Assembly: GCF_006345805.1 (NCBI RefSeq)
Contig: NC_043000.1
Location: forward strand, 102,238,001 to 102,302,000
From: Octopus sinensis
Taxonomy: Eukaryota
Direction of reading: 5' to 3'
Length of the DNA: 64,000 bases
The translations under genes were made by a program, and so were the position numbers. The notes under the pieces were generated by a model. It saw only the letters and a program-made list of their open reading frames with translations. It was not told where the DNA came from and did no database searches. Below are positions 49,680 through 63,816 of this stretch, in pieces (position 1 is the stretch's first letter; each line of letters starts with the position of its first letter).

Positions 49680-52580
49680 CCAAGGATCGAGGTGTTGGAA
49701 GAAGGTTAGCTTCAAGTATACCGTAGAAATGTAAAAATAACTTTCAGGAACAAATAGTGGTTTATTGAAGCAGAAGGTTGGGGATATTTTCCGTATCGAA
49801 GTATGTTAAGCTGAAAAAAATGTTTTATATTTCAGGTAGGCAGGCAGGGTTGCCAGGTATGCGAATAAAATACAAGAATTAAGGAATGGAGTAGATAATA
49901 TACGGGCTGCATATGTTTCATGGCGAGCGGAACCTCGAAAGTGGTAAATATCCAAGCGAGGTATATACCGCAGGCTACTCTTGATGCAAAAGGTATCCTG
50001 CTTAAAAAGATAAGTTAGTTAGAAAGACAAATTGTGCGATACAGCCTCGTTTTGATGTTAATTTTTGTAGTAAAATAGGGTTGCTGTGCAAAAAATTTAC
50101 TTTACACTGGAAGCCAAAAGATTGCTCAATCTTTTGATATCTCAAACAACAAAACGGGCACGTCAGTTTCATGGCTACAAATTGGGTAATGTAGAAGCTG
50201 AAATAGTTCTTACCCGCCCCATAATATTTGTTGATAACTGTGAACAAGACTCATATACATTAGCTTCCTCAATGAAAAGGCCATGTTCAAAAGTATTGTG
50301 GTATTCTGCAAGCATATTTGGTATCAATTTTGAGTCCAACAGAATAAAAAAGGGACTTTTGTGTCTGTATGTATATGTATATATATAAGGATATGAGTAA
50401 ACAGGGTTAGAAATGTGGGCAGTTTGGTATAAATGTATAGGGATGCTGTGCTTCTTGAAAATAAATGGGTAATGCTGGTATGCAGAGGTGGGGCAGTAGT
50501 AATGGAGTGATGTATAGCTTCATGGCTGATGAACGATGAAAGCCTAAGAAATAAAGTAAAGTATATTAATAAGTTGCACAAGAAAAGGACTTTGGTTTGC
50601 TTTAGACTGCAAACATGCAAAATTAAGCAATCGAGACTTAGGGATGTAAAGAAAATGATGCTGAATGAGGACATAGAGGTATCCGTATTGCAGAAGGTAA
50701 GGTAGATGGAAAGGAAGTTACTTCATTGTGAAAAGCTCCATCTCTGTAATATTTGGGCAGACTGCACACTTCAGCAAATGTTCAGTGAAGCCGACAATGC
50801 TTCTGGGTAAACTATGTTTTGCGTGTCTCCAGTGTTGGTAGAATAAATACACATGAGACCCTTCTTTGCCGTGTTGTCATATATTGCAAGTAGGCAAAAC
50901 TTCCTTTGCCGTGAAAATTGGAAGAATGACACAATAAGCACTCTTTCTTTATTTCTAACAAAACAGACACCTGTGTTTTTTTTAATACGAATAACCCCTA
51001 GCGAGAAGATCACAATCAAATTGAAATTTGGATTGTACACTTCGTGGACAAGTTTAGAGTTTTGATACTTTATCCGCAATAATTTAAAGGTATGTTGCAG
51101 ATAATTTATTTTCGTAACATAATTCTTTTAGTAAATGCTTTTCTCGCAACAATTTAAAGGTATGTCAGAGATAATTTATTTTAATAACATAATTTTCTGT
51201 TAGTAAATGATTTTCTCTTACTCAAACAGCTAACAATTTTGATTTCGAAGTATTTAAAAAATTATGTGGAAATTATAAAGAGAAACGAATGGCAGAATCG
51301 GTCTGTCCGTATTTTAAAACCAAAAGTTAAAAAAAAAAAGAATCAAAAAACAGTGGAAAGTTTAGGAATAGGTGGAATATTTAAAAGAAAATACGTTTTT
51401 ATTGGATAATCACATTAATTCCATTATGCAGAAGGCAGAATAAAATTAAAAAGTTATGAGGAGTTTTAGTATCTGCGTCGATCAGAACTCCGCCGACTTT
51501 TTTTATATTTTGCAATTCGTGTTTGTGATAAGCATATATAGAAAACCTGATCTTCGATATAAACTTTTAAAGGAAGTATTTTTCAGAAATCTTGTCATTT
51601 AGCTGTTATTTCAGGCATGTCGGAAGTGACATTTGCACCCCACTTTTTTTTTTTTTTTCAAAATTTCTTCGGGTTCTTATGTTTTCGAAATAGTTGATTA
51701 GGATTTTGCTCCAAAAAACGAATCTTTAAGAATTTCTTTTTCTTTAAGAAACATTCAAATTCCCTTCCCCAACCTCCACCCATCACCTTCTCACATTTAA
51801 AAAGCTAAAATCTCAGAATGATTCTTTTTTAGCTGTTTTGAAAGCGAAGAACTTTTTCAGAAATAAAGTCGTTTAGCTGTTGTTTTCTGGTGGTGGTCTG
51901 ATATTTTTGACGTCTGCTATTTCTGTAGAATTCTACGCATGCGTGAAACAGCAGACAAAAGTGAAACATTCGGAGCTTCTAGTTTTTTGAAAGCGGGGAG
52001 GTTATGTGTGGGCGAGGTAGGGAAATTAAATTTTTTTTTAATTCCCAGATTCGTAATCTCCGTATTTTTCTACGTGAATTAAAAACAAAATTCGAAGTTT
52101 AAAATTAAGAAATTGGGGTACAGAGGGAAGAAATTAGAATTTTGAAATCGTGATTCTTGGGCAAAATCGTATTCTCCTATACTAAAAACATAGAAACCCC
52201 AAGAAATTTTAGAAAAAAAGTGGAAGTTGGTGGTACGGAAATTGTGCCAATAATTATACACAAAAAGCATAGTTTTGGTCACATTTTGTGCATCACAAAT
52301 GCACTCATAACACTCCATTGCTGCATTTTTAACACCAAGCACATTAAAACTAGCAACGTAGATTAAAATATTGCTCGAAATTAACCACAAGATTGTGCGA
52401 CCCGACCTCGTTTTCGAGCTTATTCTCGTAGTAAAAATAAAGTTGTGCAAAAAAATACTTATTTGGTAACCGAAGGATTACTGAACCTTTTGATACCTCA
52501 TACATCAAAATCGGTAACTCGGTTTTTGAATCCATAAGAAACATACGCACCACACACAAACACACACAAAAAAACTGTTT

Positions 52581-52586
<6 letters not shown>
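49680..52586 (-). mobile_element. Probable composite, degenerate Helitron-like element
   Basis: Minus 5' region ATATAAAAC..(GT)n..ACCGATTTTGATG resembles 17340. RepHel-like end LMCIY..GDTQNIVYPEAL at 50795-50857. Internal paralogous blocks 50031-50158 and 52392-52514. No 3' terminus found. Confidence 0.5.
51075..51216. repeat. Diverged tandem duplication of about 70 bp
   Basis: CGCAAYAATTTAAAGGTATGT..GATAATTTATTTT..TAACATAATT..TTAGTAAATG at 51075 and 51145. Confidence 0.85.
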
Positions 52587-52611
<25 letters not shown>

Positions 52612-52827
52612 ATGAATGTCTGTGTGTGTGCGTGTGTGTTTGTGCGCGCGTGTGTGTGTGTGCGTGTGTGCGTGTGTGTTAAAAAATCACAGCAGAGTCC
52701 GCTCGAACGGACAGTGGTTATGAACATGTCAGTACAACTACTGCGTTGATCTATTAGACATATACACCATGAATGAATATGTGTATGCTTGTGTGTTTTT
52801 CTGTCGGTGTTTACATATATATATATA

Positions 52828-52874
<47 letters not shown>

Positions 52875-53032
52875 GTGTGTGTGTGTGCATGTATGTGTTC
52901 CTATCTATCTATCTATCTATCTATACATACATACATACATGCATGCATACATACATACATACATACATACATACATACATACATACATACATACATACAT
53001 ACATACTACATACATACATACGTACGTACATA

Positions 53033-53321
53033 TAGTGGTTACTGTATTCGACTCGCGTTCGTAAGGTCGTGAGTTTAATTCTCGGCGATGCAAAACGCTT
53101 TATTTCACGTTGTTCGAGTCCACTCAGCTGGGAAAATCGAGTAGTACCTGTAGTTCAAAGGTCAAAACTTGTCCCATTCTGAGTCACACTGGACCACACT
53201 TAGAACTACGTTAAGAGTACGCTCGCTTATGGAGTGCTAAACCACATACACGTTAATTTCATGAGCAGGCTGTTCCATTGATTCGGATCAACTGGAACCC
53301 TCGACGTCGTAACAGACAGAG

Positions 53322-53325
<4 letters not shown>
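53033..53325 (+). mobile_element. SINE family C
   Basis: Homolog of 32071-32340. Confidence 0.85.
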
Positions 53326-53358
<33 letters not shown>

Positions 53359-53719
53359 TTGCTATATTTACTATGATAGGAGCTTTTAAAATCTCTGATA
53401 GCCTCGTGATCGAATGATTTCTCAAGAAACGCTACAAAAGCTCTTATCTACATGGTCATTGATGCATGTGCATTTAATGATATGTTTTTCGATTATTTTA
53501 ATGAATTTTCCATTAAATGCTGTTATATGAAATAGTTGTCAACGTTAAGTTTAGCGGTTGAGCTTTCGCTAAGTCGCGTTGTCAGTGATTTTATCTAATT
53601 TCCTATAGTTAGCAATGAGTTGCCTCTTAGCCAAGACATATCTTAAATGCCCTGGACATTCAACGGAGATTTATCTGATCGAAACATAAATTCAAAGCTA
53701 TATAAGAATATACATACAA

Positions 53720-53763
<44 letters not shown>

Positions 53764-54065
53764 GCATACACTCATACACACACACACACATTATATATAT
53801 ATACATACATATATATTTATATGAATGCGAGTATGTAAGTGCTTGTCTCTGCTTATCTATTTTTCAACATTGTGAAGTACGATTTCTACACACAACGTTT
53901 CCTCTTTGTTATCTCGCTTTCAATACATATCTTCCAATATTTTTATATCATTTGTCTGCACAGGCTTCTGTTCATACCCACCTCCCTCCCTTACTCCCCT
54001 TCTATCTACATACATACATATATACATACATATATACATGCATACAAACATACATATACATACAT

Positions 54066-54099
<34 letters not shown>

Positions 54100-54164
54100 T
54101 CATATATATGCATTTACATATATATTCATACATACACACATCCGTATACACTCACATATATATA

Positions 54165-54221
<57 letters not shown>

Positions 54222-54223
<2 letters not shown>

Positions 54224-55103
54224 CACAGACGTGGCAGTGTGGAAAGAAGTGACAAGAAGAAGAAACGTTCTATCTACCTATCCGCTCAGTCGAAGTCGAC
54301 TCTCGGTTACTCTATGGATCAGTGTCCTCCAGTCAGTTCTATCCTGGGCCGCTTCTTTCAGATTGTCCATTCCGGTATCACTCTTGATGGTGTCATGCCA
54401 GCGGGTTCTTGGTCGGCCTCTTCTTCTCTTGCCACTGACCATTCCGAGTATAATGTCCTTCTCCAGTGATTGTCTCCGCATAATTTGACCGAAATATGCC
54501 AATCTATGCATGGTGATCCTAGCTTCTAGCGACATTTTCGGCTTGATCTGCTTAAGAACTTCTCCATTGGTGAGCCTCGCTGTCCATGGAATTCGTAAAA
54601 GTCTTCTCCAACACCAAAGCTCGAATGCATTAATTCTCTTCTGGTCAGCTTTCTTTAGTGTCCAGGTCTCGCATCCATATGTTGCTATTGCGAAGACAAT
54701 TGCATTTACCAATCTGCATTTGGTAGCGAGTCTGATGTCTCTATTCTTCCAGACCCTGCTCATGCTGACCATTGCCTCTCTGCCTAGTACTAGTACTATC
54801 CGCCCTCTTATTTCTGGAGTGCACGAAAGAGATAAGAAGTTTACTCGTTTGCATTACAACCACAATGGGTTCAATTCCACTATATCGCACCTTGGGCAAC
54901 TATCTGCTACTCTAGGTTCGGGCTGATTAAAGCCTTGCAAATGGATATAGATATATAGACTTCCATACATACATACATACATACATACATACATACATAC
55001 ATACATACATACATACATACATACATACATACATACACACATACATAGGTGTGTGTATACATATTTATATATATACATGCACACTCATACATGTGCGTAT
55101 ACA

Positions 55104-55139
<36 letters not shown>

Positions 55140-55293
55140 ATCTCCACCAATCGGTAGAGGTGTGTTTACGTCTTAGCACGTCTGCAAAAAAGATCGATGG
55201 AATAAGTACCAGGCTTTAAAGAACAATAAGCAAAGGGGTCGATTCGTGCGAGTAAAACTGTTCAAGACGGTGTCTCACCATGGCCGCAGTCTG
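54222..55293 (+). mobile_element. SINE family A interrupted by an RTE LINE fragment
   Basis: The head at 54222-54250 resumes at 54834. Tail at 55130-55293. Confidence 0.75.
54251..54833 (-). mobile_element. 5'-truncated RTE-BovB-like LINE 3' end
   Basis: Open frame 54823-54278: [72 protein letters not shown]. Candidate TSD AAGAAGT at 54244-54250 and 54834-54840. Confidence 0.93.
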
Positions 55294-55587
55294 TTCATTA
55301 TAACAAGATGTGTGTGAGTGTATGTGTGAGTGGTGTTAGTGTGAGTGTTTGCGCGCGTGGGTCTGTGCGTGTATGTATATACATTCGTGTGCCTGTGTAT
55401 ATCTGTATACTCATCTGTGTGTATGCAGGTATGCCTATTATACTATGGAACGTGTTTGAAGCATACATATTTCGTTATGATTCACTCACGGTCGCTTTTC
55501 TTCAGTATCTGTAAATGTTTAAGCTTCTTTTAATCATTCCCACCCTTGTGATATATACATTCATATATATATATATATATATACATG

Positions 55588-55627
<40 letters not shown>

Positions 55628-55797
55628 CATACTTATATATAGATAAATAGATATATACAGAGAGATATATAGATATAGATATAGAAATAGATATAACACT
55701 CTTCTAAATTTTTTCAGGAATAGAAGAATCACGTAAAAAAGTACATCAATAAAATTTCTAAATCTGTGAGAGCAAAGAATTCTTTCTCTCCCTCTCC

Positions 55798-55843
<46 letters not shown>

Positions 55844-55985
55844 AATTATCTATCTATGTATCTATCTATCGATCTATCTATCTCTTTCATTTTCTCATTG
55901 CAATCTCTCATTTTCTATACATAGAACTATATCGCTCACACTGAGTGTGTATTTATATACTTATATATATATAAATATAAGTGCG

Positions 55986-56074
<89 letters not shown>

Positions 56075-56623
56075 TACAGGGAGAGATAGAGAGAGCAGGA
56101 AGAGGAAATCGAGATGGATAGGTAAATTGATGTCTCTGTTTGTGTGTATATATGTTTATATGCAAATCTGATTTTACACCTACGTTTTGGGCCATTTATC
56201 TTTGTATTTGTCAACGTCTACTTATTTTTTTTATCGTATACTTTTATATCACTGTACTTCTCTAGTTTATCTTTGTATCTGTTCATGTATTTGTCTTTTT
56301 CTTCCTCTCCCTCTATCCCACCCTCGCGCACACGCAATTCCTTTCCATCTTCATAGTTTCTTTATTTACTTAAAACTCATTTATCTTTCTCCTTCTTTCA
56401 TTTCAGTAATCAGTACCTTCATACGCTTCCTTCCTAAACTTTGCTATTCCCATTTTTCACAATATTTATACCAACTAATTACTTCCTCACGTCACTGTCT
56501 GACGAGCCGGTATCGGCGAAATCTCGATGTCACACAAGACACTCTGTATTTCCGCCACATAAATTATGGATAGAGATGCATAGAAATGTATAATACATAC
56601 ATACATACATACACATACATACA

Positions 56624-56653
<30 letters not shown>

Positions 56654-56654
<1 letters not shown>

Positions 56655-57477
56655 CTACTATATATGTGGGAAATTCTGTCTGTGGGTGTGTTTGTGGATT
56701 TGTTATCTAACTCCTCCTATATCGTTTTATCGATTTTCTTTTTTGAAAAAGTCGATAGCAGGGCCCCTGGAAGGGATCTTTATATATATCTAATATATTT
56801 CATTTTAACATCCCAGGGAAATAATCCATTCGCCCAGATTTTAACAGTCAAGGGAAATAACCCATTCGTTTTCCTAAATCATTTGATATAAATCAAATTG
56901 AGTATGCTTATTTCTTATTATTTGAACTGTTAGAGTTATTTTCGCAATTTATCCAGTACAACCCTTAAACAAGTAAATAGCATTTTCATAAACAACAGAT
57001 CCACTTATTTCGGTTAGTGACTTATTCATGAATATACCAACACTAGCGCCCCTGTGGGGAATATTCTCTGGGAACGCACAAAAGCCCTCTTCAGAGTTAT
57101 TTACTTTGAACTGTTATTATCTCAAATCTGATTAGCCTGTTATTACGCAACATGCTTCACAATTTGAATATACATACCATATTAGTATTTCCTCCTAAGT
57201 TCTATATGCTCTGTGAACGCATTAAAGCCCTTTTCGGGGCTACTTTATTTGAATTCTTACTATCGGGTAGCTAATTTCATGTTATTGCATAACTGACTGC
57301 GGGAATTCCTAAAACAAGATCCTGTGTAAGACAGTTCGGTATTCTCTATAAATGCACAAAAACCGTTATAAGAGTTACATACTTTGTACTGTTGTTATTG
57401 GATAAGTGAAACAATTATGAGAACGGAACCAAGGGATAAGCCCCGCTTTCCCGGGAATTACTGGGTACGTCAGGTAG
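56654..57477 (+). mobile_element. Non-autonomous Helitron, copy 1
   Basis: Starts A|TCTACTATAT, hairpin CCCGGGAATTACTGGG, ends GTAG|T (CTAG in copy 2). Confidence 0.85.
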
Positions 57478-57545
57478 TGCTTACATACATGCGTACATAT
57501 GCACCGCCTTTAGTCGAACAAATCGACCCCAGGACTTATCCTATC

Positions 57546-57705
57546 GAATGGGTTATTTCCCTTGGTTTTTAAAATATAGGCGAATGGGTTGTTAAAATGA
57601 AATATATGAAATATATTAGATATATATTAGATATATATAAGGATCCCTTCCAGGGGCCCTGTTATCGATTTTTTTCAACAATCTGAGTATGCCATGAGGT
57701 TTCCA
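57546..57705 (-). mobile_element. Inverted fragment of the same Helitron family
   Basis: Reverse complement of about 56745-56870. It continues into CAATCTGAGTATGCCATGAGGTTTCCA, which also occurs at 63121-63147. Confidence 0.85.
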
Positions 57706-58111
57706 TAAATTCACAGGACACCATATACAAGTATTATTTCCATATTCACAAACTTATGCCAGTAAGCTACCTGCAAAATATGAAGAATCTATATTAGAAA
57801 TCTTTTTTTGGAAAACTCCAAATTAAATGACGAATCTAATTCAACCCTTTTACACACACACACAACACATATATAGGCTTGTATGCTTATTTCTCTGCAT
57901 ATACATATTATATATATATATATATATATTATATAATAATATATATATTATATATATAATATATATAATATATATATACACACATATATGTACACCACTT
58001 ATATGTTGCGTTGGTGAACGAAAAGGTAAATATTGTGCCTCTGTCGCTCCTATCTCAGCATATGTATAATCTTCTTCTTCTTCTTCTTCTTCTTATTATT
58101 ATTATTATTAT

Positions 58112-58164
<53 letters not shown>

Positions 58165-58684
58165 TAGTAGTAGTAGTAGTAATAGTAGTGTTGGTATTGT
58201 GATAACCTATGTTACCTTCAGTCTATAAGCTACGCGGTAAGGTGAAAATGCTAGATATGAAAAGGCGTAGTGCTACCAAGGCCACTCCCCTGACAAAGTG
58301 CCGGTACACAGCTGCTGTTGAATCATATCTTTGTAATTATTTATAAAATAATTTATGGAATAGTAATGTAAGGAAAACTCAGCAACTTTTACCTCTACAC
58401 AGAAATATTAGTTGTGATTTGTAATTGAAGCCTGTTCGTTCCGTCTTCTTACTTTATAAATGTATTTATATACAGCTAATTTAATCAAGCGAATATTCTC
58501 CAGTTGAATCAGTAACGTACTGTCAATGTTCTGAAAGCTTCCTGAAACCAGTTTTACGGAAACGGAGATTATTGCGATCAAAAATATCATTTGTATCCAA
58601 TTTTAGAGCGTCCAATAAATCATAATGCTCACTAATGAAAAGTTTTCAAATGTCTGGTTGCCAGAATGTACAATATCAGGAAAG

Positions 58685-59220
58685 TACGAGGGATGTTAAA
58701 GTTTTTCCCAGTCAACCTCTTCAATCTTGGAAGAAATCATCCTTGCAGTATGTGGGCTCACGTTAACATGATAGAAAACATCAGGTTAATGAAACAAAGA
58801 GCCACTGTTCTTCTTTGTTTTTTGGGGGTTTTTTGGGGGTTTTTTTCATTCAATCAGCTGAGTTGCCCACAATAAATTTGAGATGTAATTTTATGGTTTA
58901 ATAACAGGATTTTTGCGGGAATAACATTACAGGAAACTTCCAACAAAATACTGTTAGGGTGAAAATGATGTGCTGATGTAGGAATATTCGTGTCGTATCG
59001 CCTGATAAGAATTCATTCGGGATGTGAATGACAGATTTTGTGTTCGTACCAGACGACGCAAAAGAATGCATAAACGAATGCGTCTTACGATCTGCTGACG
59101 TCATTCACAGCCCGATGTGTTTTCATATATGTTGACATGGAGGAAAATTTTCTCTTGAGACTATTTTCCACTGTGGAAGGTCTTCTCACGCCCGAATGTA
59201 CTCGAGCATGTTAAATATGA
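58685..59220 (+). mobile_element. Very old mariner remnant
   Basis: TACGAGGG-type TIR start and a weak CVR..RRRKRMHKRMRLTIC segment resembling the WVPR region. Confidence 0.3.
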
Positions 59221-59332
59221 CTTTACACAAATATGTTTTATTCCACGCTGCTATGTTCGATATATGTGTGTATGTATGTGCATGTGTGTGCATATGTGTG
59301 TACATATATATATATATATATACATACATATA

Positions 59333-59415
59333 TAGACAGACAGATAGATAGATAGATAGATAGATAGAGATAGATAGATAGATGAGATAGATAGATAGAT
59401 ATAGATAGATAGATA

Positions 59416-59453
<38 letters not shown>

Positions 59454-59575
59454 CTACGTATATATTTACATATATATTTGTGTTTGTAGATGTGTTTGTT
59501 TGTGAATTTATATACATATATATAAGTATATATTTGTTATATGATATTAATTTGAATGTATATGTAATGATAGAC

Positions 59576-59674
<99 letters not shown>

Positions 59675-59675
59675 C
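59333..59675. repeat. Two (GATA)n tracts
   Basis: Directly visible. Confidence 0.95.
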
Positions 59676-60330
59676 TGTGGAATAGGTGACATATTTGATT
59701 AATGCTATAATATTGACCATATTTCATTTTTGATATCTCAAAAAAATTACTAATTTTAGGAGTACATTCTGAAGCTAGGTACGCATTATGTGAAATAGCT
59801 GTGGTAGCCCTGTATTATTTCAAGTATTAAATCAATATAATTGCCATTGAATATTTGTAGTATAGTGGTAAAGTTGTAATCGCAAAAAAAAAGCAAAAAG
59901 TTAGAAAGAAAAAAAATGAAGTTTTTTTAAAGATAATCAATTCTGTCGCATGTCTTATAGTAAATAGTTAGAAACAGTACGTGACATTATTCGACCTTTG
60001 CCATTGGTTCACTCTCATACTTTCATGCGTCACTTGCTTTGCTCTATCGACTTCACTCTCATTTCTCAACATTTTTGCCGTTTTGATTTTCTTTCAACTT
60101 CCTCATACACTCACTCTCTTTCTTCCTTTCTTTCTTTCTTTCTTTCTCCATTTCCAAATCATTCATTATTTCTTTCCATTTTTTTTTCATTCTGTCCCTC
60201 AACCTCTTCCTTTAATTCACTTTAGATGTCTGTCTCTCAATTCCTTCAAAAACATTAGTCTATTATTTTCCCTAACAATACAACACTCACAATCTCTCTC
60301 TCGCTTACTCTCTCTTTCTCTTGTGTTTAC

Positions 60331-60388
<58 letters not shown>

Positions 60389-60703
60389 ATATGTTTGTAT
60401 ACGTATGTGTGTGTATTGTACAGATATTGTGACGAACAATAAGTGAAAGAAAAAGTAAAATGACAAAACAAGAGGGACAAGCTTTAGCACATAGTATATA
60501 AATACATGTGTGTGTTTGTTTGTGAAACTCGGTGTGTTTCTGTGTTTGTCTGAGTCTGTGGATATGGATTTATATATATATATGTATATAGTTAAAATCA
60601 GTGTTTCATATTATATGCATAAAAAACCGGACTTTAAAAGAATAACACTCAATACAGACTTCACAAAATTAAGATTTAACAAGATTTATATAAATAAATG
60701 AAT

Positions 60704-60892
60704 AGGCATGGCTGTATGGTAAGAAGCTTGCTTCTCAATCACATGGTTTAGGATTCAATCCCACTGCATGGCACCTCGGGGAAGCGTCTTCTACCACAAC
60801 CTCAGGCCGACCAAACCCTTGTCAGTGGATTTCGTAGGCGAAAACTGAAAGAAGCCTGTCATATTTATGTATATATATATATGTGTGTGTCT

Positions 60893-60929
<37 letters not shown>

Positions 60930-61148
60930 TGTGTGTCTGTGTTTGTCCCCCCACCATCGCTTGACAACCGATTCTGGTGTGATTACGTCCCCGTAACTAA
61001 CTTAGCGGTTCGGCAAAAGAGCCAGTTAAAATAAGTACTAGGCTTACAAATAATAAGTCCTGGGATCGATTTGTTCGCCTAAAGGCGGTGCACCAGCATG
61101 GCTGCAGTCAAATGACTGAAACAAGTAAAGAATAAAACAATAAAAGAA
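60704..61148 (+). mobile_element. SINE family A, full length
   Basis: Colinear with 43966-44460. Confidence 0.92.
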
Positions 61149-62417
61149 TACAGGCATATGTGTGTGTGTGTGTGTGTGTGTGTACATGTATACATGTATG
61201 AATATATGCAATTCATTAACAACCAGCATCATACACATTATTTAGTTGACTTTTCATCCATAGAAGCATATATAGATGTGTGTGTGTGCGTTGTATATTT
61301 ATGAGTGCATGAATATATGTATGTACGTATACATATGTGTGTGTGTGTGTATTCCTGTCTGCGTATGCGTGTGTGTGTGTGGAGAGAGAGAGAGAAGATG
61401 GAAGAAAGGTAGAAAGAAAGGGAGAATATATGTGTGGAAGAGAAGTAGAAAGAGAGAGAAAATTGTTAATGCATCAGAAAGGAAGCTTTCGATATTTGTT
61501 TCAGTACTCTGCTTTCTGAGTTAAAATCCTGTCGAGGTCAACTTTGGTTTTCATCATTTTAATGTCGATATGTAATGTACAAACCCAACTTTAATTGTCC
61601 ATGGCTTAAAAGTTTCGTATTCCAGAGAACAATCCAACTACGCCTATTGTTGAAAACGTTAAGTAAAACTTTGGAAAGATTTGAAATAATAATCTCAACT
61701 GTTTACTTATGCTTTCAGAAAACGGCTAATAATTAACTCTTGCTAATTGTTATAGATTTCTTGAGTGTTAATTCTTGTGAGCTGACTAATATTATAGTGA
61801 AAGGATGTTTATTCAAAAAGTATATACCTATCTCTCCCTTCCATCGACAATTTAAAAATCTCACACGAAGATACATTGAAGGTATTATAAGTCACATATT
61901 CTAAGTCTTAATATGGCAAAATACAGTTAGAATTAGAGGTAACATGCAAAAAATTATAATAAATAAATAAGTGTTTATCATGCATAAATAGGTATTTGGT
62001 TAAGGTTCTGGTGAATTTATTTATGTAGCAGAAAGTGTCTGCATTTATTGAATATCTTTTATCTGACATACAGATAGTCATACCGAATTATCAAAATTCA
62101 TCATAAGTATTAAATTGTTCTTAGCACAACATAAGATGCAATTTTAAATTTCATTTCTCTATGGCTTACATCATTGAACGATTTTCTATTTGATGCATTA
62201 TTTTAACGCCTTGACATCGTTGGATAATTTGTTTACGGCCGCTTTTCTGTATCTGTGAAAGTAGAAGTATGTTTAGGTGGACATCACTGTATATTTCAAA
62301 AACATTGGCAAAAGTTTATTTTTTCTATTGCCATCCTAAGTATATTGCAGTGTGATTCCTTTCTTTAAGTAATGCATATGTAGAATTTACAATAATAAGT
62401 GCACACACATATATATA

Positions 62418-63263
62418 CTAGCTGACGTACCCGGTAATTCCCAGGAAAGCGGGGCTTATCCCTTGGTTCCGTTCTTATAATTGTTTCAATAATCCAATAA
62501 CAACAATAGGGCGTATGTAGCTCTTATAACGGTTTTTGTGCATTTACAGAGAATACCGAACTGTCTTACACAGGATCTTGTTTTTAGGAACTCCCAATAA
62601 GGTATGAATGCCCAAATTGTGAAGTCAGTTATATAATAATATGAAATTAGTTACCCAATAGTAAGAATTCAAATAAAACAGCCCCGAAAAGGGCTTTAAT
62701 GCGTTCCCATAGTATATAGAACTTAAGAGGAAATATTAATAAGGTATGTATACTAAAATCGTGAAGCATGTTACGTAATAACAGGCTAATCAGATTTGAG
62801 ATAATAACAATTCAAAGTAAATAACTCTGAAAAAGGCTTTTGTGCGTTCTCAGTGAATATTACCCTCAGCGGCGCTAGTGTTGATATATTCGGGAATAAG
62901 TCACTAACCGAAATAAGTGGATCTATTGCTTAGGAAAATGCTATTTAATTGTTTAAGGGTTGTATTGGATAAATTGCGAAAATAACTAACAGTTCAAATA
63001 CTAAGAAATAAACATACTCAATTTGATTTATACCAAATAATTTAGGAAAATGAATAGGTTATTTGCCTTGGCTATATAAAAGAATCCCTTCCAGGGGTCC
63101 TATCATCGATTTTTTATAAACAATCTGAGTATGCCATGAGGTTTCCAGACATAAGTTTTACTCACGTATCAAGTTTCATCAAAATCGATAAAACGATATA
63201 GGAGGAGTTAGCTAACAACTCCACAAACACAGCAACAGACAGAATTCTCCAAAAATGTAGTAT
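62418..63263 (-). mobile_element. Non-autonomous Helitron, copy 2
   Basis: Reverse-complement homolog of 56654-57477, with 3' hairpin and CTAG|T at 62421-62417. Confidence 0.9.
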
Positions 63264-63278
63264 ATGTATATATATATA

Positions 63279-63443
63279 CAGGGTTGGCCAAAAGTCACTT
63301 GGCAGTAAATCAAAATTCTATAAATATTTAGTATTCAATTTTATTTATTCATTCCAGTTATAAATGTTTAATAATTGAATCATGTGAGTTAAAATCACCA
63401 TTCTTTTTCAAAATTCCTCTACTTATTAACGATTTACTGTCGG
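63279..63443. mobile_element. Truncated Tc1/mariner-type MITE
   Basis: Starts TA-CAGGGTTGGCCAAAAGTCAC. GGCAGTAAATC is inverted as GATTTACTGTC at about 63431. The outer right TIR is lost. Confidence 0.5.
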
Positions 63444-63816
63444 ATATATATATATATCCATAGATGCTATGAACAGTAGTGACATCTGATTTCAAATCTC
63501 AGTGTTTCAATGTTTTGCTTATATACATATATACATACATATATATATAAATATATATGTATATATCCGAGTTTGTATGATTTTGTATGGGAGAATAGAT
63601 TGTCAATTGTGAAACATGCCTGTCACTACATAAACCTGATGACTGTGTAAAGAATGAAAGAAGTAGTTTGTTTCAATGTTGTAAAATTGTAAAAATTGCA
63701 AATAATAAAACGGGAAATTCAGATCTAGTTGAAATTTCATTGATTAATGTATGTGTGTGTGTGTGTGTGTGTGTGTATGTATACACATACATACAGGATA
63801 AAAAACAGGGATAATA

